Position numbers and translations under genes: made by a program
NCBI GenBank assembly: GCA_964511075.1
Contig: CAZEDM010000008.1
Location: 34,470 to 98,469 of the forward strand
Source of the DNA: an uncultured Ignavibacteria bacterium
GTDB lineage: Bacteria > Zixibacteria > MSB-5A5 > RBG-16-43-9
Direction: 5' to 3'
DNA length: 64,000 nt
The notes under the pieces: model-generated
Databases searched by the model: none
What the model was told of the DNA's origin: nothing
The model's input: only the letters and a program-made list of their open reading frames with translations
Shown: positions 9,733 to 19,156 of the stretch, one piece after another
How the letters are laid out: each line of letters opens with the position of its first letter
Numbering within the stretch: the stretch's first letter is position 1

Positions 9733-11394
9733 TTGAAAGGAGTGGTTATGCATTCAAACAAAAGACAATTTAAAATTCAGCACTCCTGGCATTGGATGGT
9801 TGGTTTTTTAGCATTTCTCTGGGTTTTACTAAGAAGCGGTACAAACCCCAAGCGGTTAACCTATCCTTGCCAGAGGGCAGCCATGCCCTTTGCTGCAAAT
9901 TGGTTTCTGGCAGTGATTGCATTTTTTGTGGGGAGTATATTTTTACGAAGATTTGTCAAGTTTTCCGGGGTACTGATTCTGATAGGGGGGGTTATCTGGT
10001 TCACAGGTGCCTTGCCCGAACTTACCAGATCCCAGCTAAATTGCCCAGGGACCCTTCCAGTATGGGAAGTTCCTGATCCCGTGTCAACCGTTTTCGTGAT
10101 GGATTCCCTTCCCCCGACAACTGGTTCTCTTGCTGCGGGTGATGCAACTGTTCCCGACGAGTACCTTTCAGATCCTGCTATGGATTCCATACTTGCCATG
10201 ATGGAGACAAAAGACATTTTTCTTCACAAAACCGCATCCCAGCCGTCCGGCATAGTGGGGACTGAGGATATCGTGATCATCAAGGGGAATTTTCAATGGA
10301 CCAGCAGGAACACCACCAGCACCGACCGCATAAAAGGATTGATCTGGCAGATATTAAATCACCCGGATGGGTTTTCCGGCGAGATTCTGATATGCGACAA
10401 TACGCAGGATATTGGCACGGGAATCAACCAGGCGGACAATAATTCCGAGGATACAGCTCAGTCCCTTCCGGATGTGGTGAGTACCTTTTATGCTAAAGGA
10501 TATCCGGTATATTATCTGGACTGGGCCTATCTCTGGAGTGTAGTGGCATCAGAATATTCTACTGGTGATTATGATGACGGGTATGTCTATGATACGCTGA
10601 CAAAGATATCCTACCCCAAGTTTCGATCCCCATCGGAGGATTACTATATTTCTCTGCGCTACGGGATCTGGGATTCGCTTTCGGCTGAGTATGATTCCTC
10701 CCGTCTCTGCATAATTGATTTCCCCGTGTTAAAATCTCACATGATGGCTGGTGCTACAATCGCTGTTAAAAACTGGATAGGAGTGCTTACTACAGCATAT
10801 GCTAATCAGCGCTATGGGAGCTGGGATAATATGCATTACTTTTATTTCTGGGGTGATTATGCCCTAGTCGCACGGCTGATCGCCGTAACCTACCCCAAAC
10901 TCTCAATAGTTGATGCGACCTGGACTTCAACCTATAATGCGAATGATCTTGACTGGCTGGCAAATACGAATATGCTGGTAGCTTCCACCGACCCTGTTGC
11001 GGCTTCCTGGTATGCAGCAAAATTCATACTCACACCTGTTGCTCGTTTTCGTCATTATACCAATCCAGAAACTGGTTATTATAGTACGACTCTGAATAGA
11101 TGGACAGCCTACCTGAGCGATTCAGCAGGAGTATCCTGCACAAAAGATTCTGCTGAAATCTCTGTTTATGACCGGAGAGTTATGGGCCCCTTATACACTT
11201 GCGGTGATACTGACGGAGATGAAGAGTTAAATGTTTCAGACGTGATATATTTAATCAACTACCTGTTCAAGGGAGGTTCTCCTCCTGATCCAGCCCAGAC
11301 TGGTGATGTAAATTGCGATGGTGAAACAACAGTGTCTGATGCGATCTTTTTAATCAATTATCTTTTCAAAGGCGGGGGGGAACCATGTAGCTAA
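9733..11394 (+). CDS. Membrane-anchored protein with a C-terminal duplicated dockerin-like (type I, Ca-binding) module
   Basis: N-terminal hydrophobic helices. C-terminus has GDTDGDEELNVSDVIYLINYLFKGGSPP and GDVNCDGETTVSDAIFLINYLFKGGGEPCS, matching D-x-[DN]-x-D-G-x5-D dockerin repeats. Central domain unassigned. Confidence 0.6.
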   Translation: MKGVVMHSNKRQFKIQHSWHWMVGFLAFLWVLLRSGTNPKRLTYPCQRAAMPFAANWFLAVIAFFVGSIFLRRFVKFSGVLILIGGVIWFTGALPELTRSQLNCPGTLPVWEVPDPVSTVFVMDSLPPTTGSLAAGDATVPDEYLSDPAMDSILAMMETKDIFLHKTASQPSGIVGTEDIVIIKGNFQWTSRNTTSTDRIKGLIWQILNHPDGFSGEILICDNTQDIGTGINQADNNSEDTAQSLPDVVSTFYAKGYPVYYLDWAYLWSVVASEYSTGDYDDGYVYDTLTKISYPKFRSPSEDYYISLRYGIWDSLSAEYDSSRLCIIDFPVLKSHMMAGATIAVKNWIGVLTTAYANQRYGSWDNMHYFYFWGDYALVARLIAVTYPKLSIVDATWTSTYNANDLDWLANTNMLVASTDPVAASWYAAKFILTPVARFRHYTNPETGYYSTTLNRWTAYLSDSAGVSCTKDSAEISVYDRRVMGPLYTCGDTDGDEELNVSDVIYLINYLFKGGSPPDPAQTGDVNCDGETTVSDAIFLINYLFKGGGEPCS

Positions 11395-11446
11395 TGTGAG
11401 AGATCAACAAACTGGGATGAGAGAAGAGATAGCAGAAGTTTCAGGA

Positions 11447-11983
11447 TTATGATTGCTCTTTGTTCCTTTTTAATAGTGCTTGGCAGGTGGAACAGAAGTT
11501 TTTCGTTTTAAAGTCAATTTCCTCAGCATAGCTTGTAGGGTACATCACACAATTCGGGGTCCGGCAGTGTATCAGGCCAAAAGTATGACCCAGCTCGTGC
11601 ACTGCCTCCTTTTCCAGCCGTTCTTTTAGTCTCTGAGGATTTTTGGGCAGTCCATATAGCTCGTCTCTTAAACGGTAAGTGGAAACCACGGCAGTTTTCC
11701 CGTTCAGCTGAGCTTCTCCGAAAACAAAAGTCAAGACGGGGATATACAGATCCACCTGCGTCACAGCCAGGATTTTGCAGTTGCCTTCTGGAGCCTGGGT
11801 TAGAAGCTGGGATAATATCCAGGTGGAGTTATATTGATTGCGGACAGGATCTCTGCCCTGCTCCAAAAGGAAAGAGCTATCCGAAATGGCAACCGGAAGG
11901 ATAAAGATTTCCTTCAATACCAAGGAAATATTATCCAGGAGGTCCTTGTCCGAGAATTGAAGTGGAAGTATGTATAGTCGCAC
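11447..11983 (-). CDS. amzA: Archaemetzincin-family zinc metallopeptidase
   Basis: HELGHTFGLIHC...C...CSTC, i.e. HExxHxxGxxH followed by a Cys4 zinc ribbon, the archaemetzincin signature. 178 aa. Confidence 0.7.
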   Translation of the reverse strand: MRLYILPLQFSDKDLLDNISLVLKEIFILPVAISDSSFLLEQGRDPVRNQYNSTWILSQLLTQAPEGNCKILAVTQVDLYIPVLTFVFGEAQLNGKTAVVSTYRLRDELYGLPKNPQRLKERLEKEAVHELGHTFGLIHCRTPNCVMYPTSYAEEIDFKTKNFCSTCQALLKRNKEQS

Positions 11984-11985
11984 AT

Positions 11986-13338
11986 CTATTTCCGCAAGCC
12001 GTATTTTTCGATCTTATTGTAAAGCGTAGCTCTGTCGATCTTCAGAACCTCAGCTGTCCGAGTTATGTTCCATCCCATCTCCTCCAGCAGGCACTTTATG
12101 TGTATCTTCTCGACTGCCTCCAGGCTCCTGTCCTCCGGAACGTATTTCGGACACGGTAAGATGGGGAGGTCATCCACAGAGATGCAGGATTCCTTAGCTA
12201 CAACTATTGCTCTCTCCACGGCATTTTTTAACTCCCTTACGTTTCCCGGCCAGTCATAGGTTGTGAGCTTATCCAGGGCTTCTTTGGAAAAGCTATTTAC
12301 CGGTTTGTTCAAACTGGTCGCTATCTTTTTTAGAAAGAAATTGCACAGAAGCGGGATGTCGGAACGTCTTTCCCTTAAAGGTGGAATAGAGATGGAGAAT
12401 ACGTTTAGCCTGTAATAGAGATCTTCTCTGAACGCTCCCTGCTTTACCGCCAGCTCCAGGTCCCGGTTGGTAGCGCAGATCAATCGAAAGTCGACCTTGA
12501 TGATCTCGTCTCCCCCTACCCGGGCGAACTGCTTGGTCTCAATTACCCGCAGTAGGTCTGTCTGAGATTTGGGGTCGATATTTCCGACCTCGTCCAGAAA
12601 GATGGTTCCTCCATTGGCCATCTCGAATTTTCCCTTGCGCCGATATAATGCCCCGGTGAAAGCTCCCTTCTCGTGACCGAAGAACTCGCTTTCCGTAAGT
12701 CCCTCGGTTAGGCCTCCGCAATTTACCGTGATGATAGGGAAAAATCTCCTGGAGCTTTTGGAATGAATGGCCCGGGCGATAAGCTCCTTGCCGGTTCCGC
12801 TTTCACCTTTAATCATCACACTTGTGTCGGTATTAGCTACAGTGTCAATCATATCAAAGACCTTCAGCATAGCAGAGCTCTCCCCGATGATCTGATCCAC
12901 CTCATAGAGCTCCTGGATCTGTTCTTTAAGCTGGATGTTCTCCGTAAGCAGGCGTTTTTGTTTTATAACGTTGTTTACCAGATGAGAGAGGTAATCAGGA
13001 TCTATTGGCTTGGTGATATAGTCGTATGCTCCTTCCTTGAGAGATTTTACAGCGGTATCAACCGTGGCAAAGGCCGTGATCATGATGATAGTTGCGTTGG
13101 CGTCGATATCTTTGATCCTCTGCTGTAGTTCAATTCCGTCCATACCAGGGAGTTTTATGTCCAGGAATACGATATCCCAGAGACCCGGCTTTATCTTCTT
13201 CAGAGCCTCGGTGGCATCTGCGGCAGAGTCTGCCAGGTAACCGTCTTCCTTAAACCACTCAGTTAAAGAATCCCTCACACTGAATTCATCATCCACAATC
13301 AAAATGCTTACCGAATCTTTATCCTTTTTGAGATTCAT
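11986..13338 (-). CDS. Sigma-54-dependent two-component response regulator (NtrC/Fis family)
   Basis: Receiver domain (ILIVDDE...D). AAA+ sigma-54 interaction motifs GESGTGKE, GAFTGA-like (GAFTGA) and ESEFFGHEKGAFTGA. C-terminal helix-turn-helix. Confidence 0.85.
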   Translation of the reverse strand: MNLKKDKDSVSILIVDDEFSVRDSLTEWFKEDGYLADSAADATEALKKIKPGLWDIVFLDIKLPGMDGIELQQRIKDIDANATIIMITAFATVDTAVKSLKEGAYDYITKPIDPDYLSHLVNNVIKQKRLLTENIQLKEQIQELYEVDQIIGESSAMLKVFDMIDTVANTDTSVMIKGESGTGKELIARAIHSKSSRRFFPIITVNCGGLTEGLTESEFFGHEKGAFTGALYRRKGKFEMANGGTIFLDEVGNIDPKSQTDLLRVIETKQFARVGGDEIIKVDFRLICATNRDLELAVKQGAFREDLYYRLNVFSISIPPLRERRSDIPLLCNFFLKKIATSLNKPVNSFSKEALDKLTTYDWPGNVRELKNAVERAIVVAKESCISVDDLPILPCPKYVPEDRSLEAVEKIHIKCLLEEMGWNITRTAEVLKIDRATLYNKIEKYGLRK

Positions 13339-13375
13339 TGCTTACCTCCAATCATACATCATTCTGTGATTTTAC

Positions 13376-14932
13376 TTAAATTTTAAAGTAGGATCCTCTT
13401 GGCTTCTTTCCTCCACAATGTGCCGGAAGCTGTATGGAGAAAGTGGAACCTTCGCCCACTACTGAATGGGCGTCGATTTTTCCGTTGTGCCTTTCAAGAA
13501 TTCCATAACATACAGACAAACCCAACCCCAGTCCCTTGCCCTCTTTCTTGGTGGTATAGAAGGGCTCAAAGATGTGTGGCAAGTCTGCAGGGGAGATACC
13601 CGGACCCGTATCCTTAAAGTCGATCCTTACATTTTTCCTCTCGGTATCGCAGGAAGTTCTCACAGTTATGCTGCCTCCTTTAGTCATAGCGCCTACCGCA
13701 TTGTCCAGTATAGCCAGGAAGGCTTGCTGGATCTGTTCCCTGTCGCAGATCACTTCTATTTTTCCTTTCTGGTAAGCTTTGATCAGTTCTATCTTATGTA
13801 GTTTCAAATGATGCTCCATTAATTGACTACAGCGGTCCAGGATCTGGTGCAAATCTACTGGAGCAAATTCTCCTATCTGTTTTTTGGAGAAAAGCAGAAG
13901 GTCCTTCACTATATTTCCACATCTATGTGTCTCATCCGCTATCAAAGACATCTTCGTCTGGATGTATGAGAGCTGTTCTGAGGGCAGGTTCAGGGAGGAG
14001 AGTCTCTTCTGGATAAGTCTGGCATAGGTTAGTACTCCTTCCAGAGGATTGTTTAGTTCATGCGCTACGCTGGCGGAGAGTTTTCCCAGGGAAGCCATCT
14101 TCTCGACCTGAATCAAGTGCGACTGCATGCGGTCCAGTTCCTCACGTGCTTTCTTCAGCTCACTGGTCATGCGGTTGAAAGAATTGGACAGTTCCCCGAT
14201 CTCATCTTTCCGCTGAAGGGGAATAGTGTAATCCAGGTTCCCCTGCGCAATCGCCCTTGTCCCCTCGGTTAATTTATGGACCGGGGCGCGAATAAGTGTG
14301 AAAACCAGGAATCCGGTTACGGAAAGAACGCTGAGCACCAGAATCACAGATGCCAATATCGTCTGTCGGCGACTGTGGGAGATATCGGCGTCCACATCAT
14401 TCAAAGACATCTGTACATCCAATACCCCCAGAATGAATTTTTTATCCGGAGACAAATGACAGCCAGAGCCGTAACAGGCGGTTTCGTTTTCAATGGGGTT
14501 GATCAACGCCAAGACCCTATGTCCGTCAGGAGACTTTATGATCCGATGGCGTTGTTCCCTGGCAAGAGCTTTAAGTGGTTCGGGAAAGCGGTGGCATACC
14601 TGGCAGGCCTCAGATTTAATATTGACTTTGTTCATTCTTTCTTCCGGACGGGTGGAGAAGATAATCTCGCCCTTTTTGTTATAAATCCTGATGACCTCAA
14701 AACCTGGCATCTGGCTGAAGTTTTTAAAGATCAGATGGATATCCTCTTTACGATTTATAAGCATACTGTAATGAGTGGATTCCTTTATCAGATCAGTGGT
14801 TCTAAGTGCAGCTAATTGCACCTGATCCAGCAGGTCGTTGGCCTCGCTTTTGACGTTTATGTAGGTAAAAGCAGCCAGCCCCAGGAACATAACCAGAAAC
14901 AGGGCGATGAAAAACTTTAATCCTAAAGGCAT
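13376..14932 (-). CDS. Sensor histidine kinase (HAMP-HisKA-HATPase) with haem c motifs in the periplasmic sensor domain
   Basis: Two transmembrane segments flank a ~170-aa periplasmic domain containing CQVCH (CxxCH) and CYGSGCH (CX4CH). H-box SVAHELNNPL. G-boxes at the C-terminus. Confidence 0.8.
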   Translation of the reverse strand: MPLGLKFFIALFLVMFLGLAAFTYINVKSEANDLLDQVQLAALRTTDLIKESTHYSMLINRKEDIHLIFKNFSQMPGFEVIRIYNKKGEIIFSTRPEERMNKVNIKSEACQVCHRFPEPLKALAREQRHRIIKSPDGHRVLALINPIENETACYGSGCHLSPDKKFILGVLDVQMSLNDVDADISHSRRQTILASVILVLSVLSVTGFLVFTLIRAPVHKLTEGTRAIAQGNLDYTIPLQRKDEIGELSNSFNRMTSELKKAREELDRMQSHLIQVEKMASLGKLSASVAHELNNPLEGVLTYARLIQKRLSSLNLPSEQLSYIQTKMSLIADETHRCGNIVKDLLLFSKKQIGEFAPVDLHQILDRCSQLMEHHLKLHKIELIKAYQKGKIEVICDREQIQQAFLAILDNAVGAMTKGGSITVRTSCDTERKNVRIDFKDTGPGISPADLPHIFEPFYTTKKEGKGLGLGLSVCYGILERHNGKIDAHSVVGEGSTFSIQLPAHCGGKKPRGSYFKI

Positions 14933-15385
14933 ACTCCTCTCTTTGCTACCATACTCTTAGTCCGAATAACCTTTTTCCACTGAGGATAATATATATCTCT
15001 CCTGGCGGAATGAAAAGGGATTTTTATCTTCCAAATCAGAGAATGAGATTGAAACAGAGCAACCGTTAGGTGGATTATGATTGAGTTACCTTATAATAAA
15101 TCCCCCTCAAAGAGGTATGGCAAGAAAATTTTTTCAGCAGGAGGCATTTCTTCATCCCGGCATCTGTTGAGCCAGGGAATCTATCCAGGCTTAAGTCCTC
15201 TTCTGTCTCTGGCTTCCGGAAAACAGTGCGTAGGCTACCCTTTATTGGATAACTCTTAATCAGGAGGTGCTCCCCATCTATTATTTCGTTTTTGCCCTAT
15301 TTAAAAAGCTTGCTTAATTCTTTTAAAAAATAGATATTAAGCCAAGAATAAGTGACTATCCGCTTATTTTTAAAATATCAAATTT

Positions 15386-16897
15386 ATGTCAAAACTCCTT
15401 TTGATTTTCCTCCTTATATTTCTTTTTAGCATACCTCTCTTTGCCCAATCCGTTGACACTGCCTGGGTGAGAAGATATACCGGTTTAATAAATGGAGACG
15501 ATAGAGCAACTGATTTAGTCCTGGATAGTGTGGGGAACATCTACCTGACCGGATACTGTGAGCAAAATGTGAGTGGAAATATCAATACCGGTTTTGTTAC
15601 TATAAAGTACTATCCGGATGGGAATACTGCCTGGATAAGAAGCTATGCCGGGGAGGATAACTCAGACGATTATGCTGAGGCTTTAGCCCTCGATGATTAC
15701 GGCAATGTGTACGTGACTGGTGCGGGCGATGTAAATTCAGATGCCGGATCCTACAGTGGCTACCTCACAATAAAATATTTACCTAACGGAGATACTGCCT
15801 GGGTGAGATACTTCAGGGAAGAGGTAACGGAAAAAAACCTGGGTGCTTATGCTATAGCTGTGGATAATTGCGGAAACGTCTACGTGACAGGAACAGGTGC
15901 CACTATAGGATACGACACCGACGGAGACTGCCTATGGATTGACTCTTCCGACTTTGTTGGCCAGGACATAGCCATAGATGATTCCGCTTACGTCTATGTT
16001 GCCGGTTACAGTAAAGGGGATGGAACATATTATGATTATGTCACGGTGAAATATTCTCCTGAGGGGGATACTGTCTGGACGAGAAGATATAATGGGCCGG
16101 GAAATGGCGATGACCGAGCCTGTGCAGTAGCTGTTGACGATTCAGGTAAAGTGTACGTGACCGGTTCAAGCTTAAGTCTGGGAACATCCTATGATTATGC
16201 CACCGTCAAATATCACTCCAACGGGGATATCTGCTGGGTTAGGAGGTATAATGGGCCGGCTGATGAGTGGGAACAAGCATCTGCCTTGGCGGTAGACGAC
16301 TCAGGCAACGTATATGTAACCGGGTTCAGTCAGGGGACAGGGACATCTCACGATTATGCTACAATTAAATACCACTCCAGTGGAGATACAGCCTGGCTGA
16401 GAAGATATAATGGGGCTGCAAACTCCTCTGACCGGGCCTGGGATATTGCTATTGATGATCTGGGTAATTCCTATGTGACAGGCTATAGTTCAGACACGGA
16501 AAGCTCAGACGATTATGCTACCGTTAAATACAGTCCTAAAGGAGAACGACTCTGGGTAGAGAGATACAACGGGCCGGCTAATTCCTTTGATCGCCCCTCT
16601 GCTATAGCTGTGGATAAGCTCAAAAATGTATATGTGGCTGGTTGGAGTAATGGAGGCGAGACCTCTAAGGATTATACCACTATAAAGTATATTCAGTTTT
16701 TGCGGGGAGATACTGACAGTAACGGGTATCTATCCTTCTCGGATATAGTCTATCTGATAAATTATCTTTTCAAATTCGGCTCCCTTCCGTATCCCTATCA
16801 GTCAGGAGACACAAATTGTGACGGTAAGGTCAGCCTTTCTGATGCGGTGTATCTGAAGGCATATCTTTTAAAAATGGGGGCACCGCCCTGTAGATGA
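15386..16897 (+). CDS. Secreted SBBP beta-propeller repeat protein with C-terminal dockerin-like module
   Basis: Signal peptide. About 8 repeats of the pattern Y.T.KY...G...W.RRYNG....D.A.A.AVD.SGNVYVTG. C-terminus GDTDSNGYLSFSDIVYLINYLFKFG / GDTNCDGKVSLSDAVYLKAYLLKMGAPPCR. Confidence 0.7.
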   Translation: MSKLLLIFLLIFLFSIPLFAQSVDTAWVRRYTGLINGDDRATDLVLDSVGNIYLTGYCEQNVSGNINTGFVTIKYYPDGNTAWIRSYAGEDNSDDYAEALALDDYGNVYVTGAGDVNSDAGSYSGYLTIKYLPNGDTAWVRYFREEVTEKNLGAYAIAVDNCGNVYVTGTGATIGYDTDGDCLWIDSSDFVGQDIAIDDSAYVYVAGYSKGDGTYYDYVTVKYSPEGDTVWTRRYNGPGNGDDRACAVAVDDSGKVYVTGSSLSLGTSYDYATVKYHSNGDICWVRRYNGPADEWEQASALAVDDSGNVYVTGFSQGTGTSHDYATIKYHSSGDTAWLRRYNGAANSSDRAWDIAIDDLGNSYVTGYSSDTESSDDYATVKYSPKGERLWVERYNGPANSFDRPSAIAVDKLKNVYVAGWSNGGETSKDYTTIKYIQFLRGDTDSNGYLSFSDIVYLINYLFKFGSLPYPYQSGDTNCDGKVSLSDAVYLKAYLLKMGAPPCR

Positions 16898-17124
16898 GAA
16901 ACTTAGATTAATCTACTCTTTTGTCTCTGGGCTTCAGAGAAAAATCCTTAAAATAGTGCTTGACAGGCTTAATAACACTCTTAAATTGAATTTATAGGAA
17001 GAGATAGGAAAGCAATATCATCACAATTGAGAAAATGGGAAATTTTACGGAGTTTCCTCATCCCTGCTATAAACAATTTAATTTCTAAACAGATCACATT
17101 TACCTCTGAAGAAAGGAGGAAAAA

Positions 17125-18666
17125 ATGGATTCAAAAAATTTATCTTTTGGAAGAGGTATGGGCTTGCTCTCCATTTTATTTGCGCTCGTAGGTTTTATCT
17201 ATGCCCCGCTTATAATCGCAGATGAGGATCCAAAAGATGCTGAAAGATCTTCTCAGGAGGAGCAAACTCTTATAGCTCCCGCTGACACCGTTATCTGTGG
17301 TGATGTAAATGGAGTTGGAGTTCCACCCTACGGGAACCTGACCCTGGCAGACGCCGTTTATCTGTGGAGCTTTCTTTTCAGAGACGGGCCCTCCCCAGTG
17401 CCGGACACATGCGTGGGCGATGCAAATGGTGATGGTACTGTTAGTGTTACTGACTGGATGGTTCCAATCAAATATCTGTACAAGGATACAGATCCTCCTG
17501 TAGATTACTGCTGTGATTCTGCCACACAGAGACAGCTTCCAGCCATTCAGGCACCTGGGAATACGGCAGTGTATGCAGATACTTTATATAATTTCATGAG
17601 GGTAGAGAATACCGTTGCCAGACCAGGCGCCCAGGGACACGTGATCAACGTCTATGGTTCGTGGAATGCAGAGCTGGGAGCATACGGTATGGTGTTGCTT
17701 TTCGATACCAGCAAGATCGATATAGTTGAGGTTTCCCCTACGGGGACAGCAGGCGAAGAGGGTATGCTTATTTCCAATTATCTGGGAAATTACTCACCTT
17801 TGAAAGCTGCTCTCCATCTGGATAATTACATCCCTGCTGACTCGGGCATCTTATTCAAAATCGTGGTTAATGTAAAAGAGACTGCTCCTCTGGGCGAGAC
17901 AGACCTGATTTTAGTTAACCAGCCTGGAACACCGCCTTGGATGTGTGATTATGCTTTGTCTGACGGGATTAATGATATATTTCCAGAATTGATGTCTGGA
18001 ACATTGAGCATAGAGGTGATCTGCGGTGACATTAATGGAGATGGTCTGGTGTCGGCCTCAGATGTGGTATATCTGCTCAATTATCTCTTCAAGGGAGGTT
18101 CTCCGCCGCTCTGCGCACCTGGACCTTATCTTGCCTGTGGAGACGTTAATTCCGATGGCCAGGTATCGATGAGTGATGTTGTCTATCTGATCAGCTATCT
18201 TTTCAAAGGGGGACCTCAGCCAGATTGCTCCTCTCCCATTGGCACTCTTATTCATCACTCTGATTGCAAAGGATTCGCCCTGAGAAGCTCTGTGGACAGT
18301 ATTTCACCAGATCAGGGCTGTATGGAATATTATTATGATGGGGAGGGTATTCTTGAGCTCAGACATATCAATGCAGGATTTAACTGCTGTCCAGATGATA
18401 TAATAGCGGATATCAGGTTGGAGGGCAATGTCATCTACATAGAGGAAAGAGAGTCTCTGAGTAACCCGTGTCATTGCCTTTGTCTTTTTGATTTAGACCT
18501 CCGGGTCATTAACCTGGAGCCCGGAGAGTATGTGATAAGTGTAATAGAACCTTATGTAGCTGAGGATGAGGCGAAATTAGAATTTCCGGTTAGTCTTTCT
18601 TTTTCACCTGTAGAGGGGGTATACTGTGTTGGAAGAAGCAATTACCCCTGGGGCGTCTGGGAATAA
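17125..18666 (+). CDS. Secreted dockerin-cohesin-dockerin protein (mini-scaffoldin-like) with C-terminal Cys-rich domain
   Basis: Signal peptide. N-terminal dockerin-like pair (CGDVNGVG... / GDANGDGTVSVTD...). Central segment ...TVARPGAQGHVINVYGSW...LLFDTSKIDIVEVSPTGT...SGILFKIVVNVKETAPLGETDL matches the cohesin profile. Second dockerin pair (GDINGDGLVSASDVVYLLNYLFKGGSPP / GDVNSDGQVSMSDVVYLISYLFKGGPQP). Confidence 0.55.
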   Translation: MDSKNLSFGRGMGLLSILFALVGFIYAPLIIADEDPKDAERSSQEEQTLIAPADTVICGDVNGVGVPPYGNLTLADAVYLWSFLFRDGPSPVPDTCVGDANGDGTVSVTDWMVPIKYLYKDTDPPVDYCCDSATQRQLPAIQAPGNTAVYADTLYNFMRVENTVARPGAQGHVINVYGSWNAELGAYGMVLLFDTSKIDIVEVSPTGTAGEEGMLISNYLGNYSPLKAALHLDNYIPADSGILFKIVVNVKETAPLGETDLILVNQPGTPPWMCDYALSDGINDIFPELMSGTLSIEVICGDINGDGLVSASDVVYLLNYLFKGGSPPLCAPGPYLACGDVNSDGQVSMSDVVYLISYLFKGGPQPDCSSPIGTLIHHSDCKGFALRSSVDSISPDQGCMEYYYDGEGILELRHINAGFNCCPDDIIADIRLEGNVIYIEERESLSNPCHCLCLFDLDLRVINLEPGEYVISVIEPYVAEDEAKLEFPVSLSFSPVEGVYCVGRSNYPWGVWE

Positions 18667-18712
18667 CTGGATAGGACTACGATGGCAGAAAAAGACATTA
18701 TATAATTAATTT

Positions 18713-19156
18713 TCAGCTTTTGGTTGCCTGACTCGTTTTCAGCACATCCTGAATTCTTTGATCGATATCTTTTTTGGTGAAAGGTTTCTTCATATAAGCC
18801 TTTGCTCCAGTCTTAAGCATCTCTTCAACTTCCTGTGTCCCTACATGGCCGGTAACTCCAATTATCTTAGCGCTTTGATCTAACTCGAGCAATTCCTTGG
18901 TTAACTCTATACCATTCATCTCCGGCATGGAGATATCCGCGAATACGATATCGAACTTTTCCTTTTGATAGATCTCCAGTGCTTTTTTAGCTTCAAAGGT
19001 AACGGAGACGCTGTGGCCATCAAACTCCATCAGCTTTCCCAGGACCTCAGCCACTACTTCCTCATCATCTACCACTAATATTTTTAAAGGCTTTTCTTTC
19101 ATCGCCCCCACCTGAAAGAGTAGAGATGCATCGCAACGCGTCTCCACAAATTTCAT
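18713..19156 (-). CDS. Single-domain response regulator (CheY-like receiver)
   Basis: ILVVDDE...D...K receiver motifs. 147 aa. Confidence 0.8.
   Translation of the reverse strand: MKFVETRCDASLLFQVGAMKEKPLKILVVDDEEVVAEVLGKLMEFDGHSVSVTFEAKKALEIYQKEKFDIVFADISMPEMNGIELTKELLELDQSAKIIGVTGHVGTQEVEEMLKTGAKAYMKKPFTKKDIDQRIQDVLKTSQATKS

Noticed and set aside
14276-14815. 179-aa plus-strand ORF inside the histidine kinase gene
   Set aside because: It is antisense to the conserved HAMP/HisKA region, with no motif and no ribosome-binding site.
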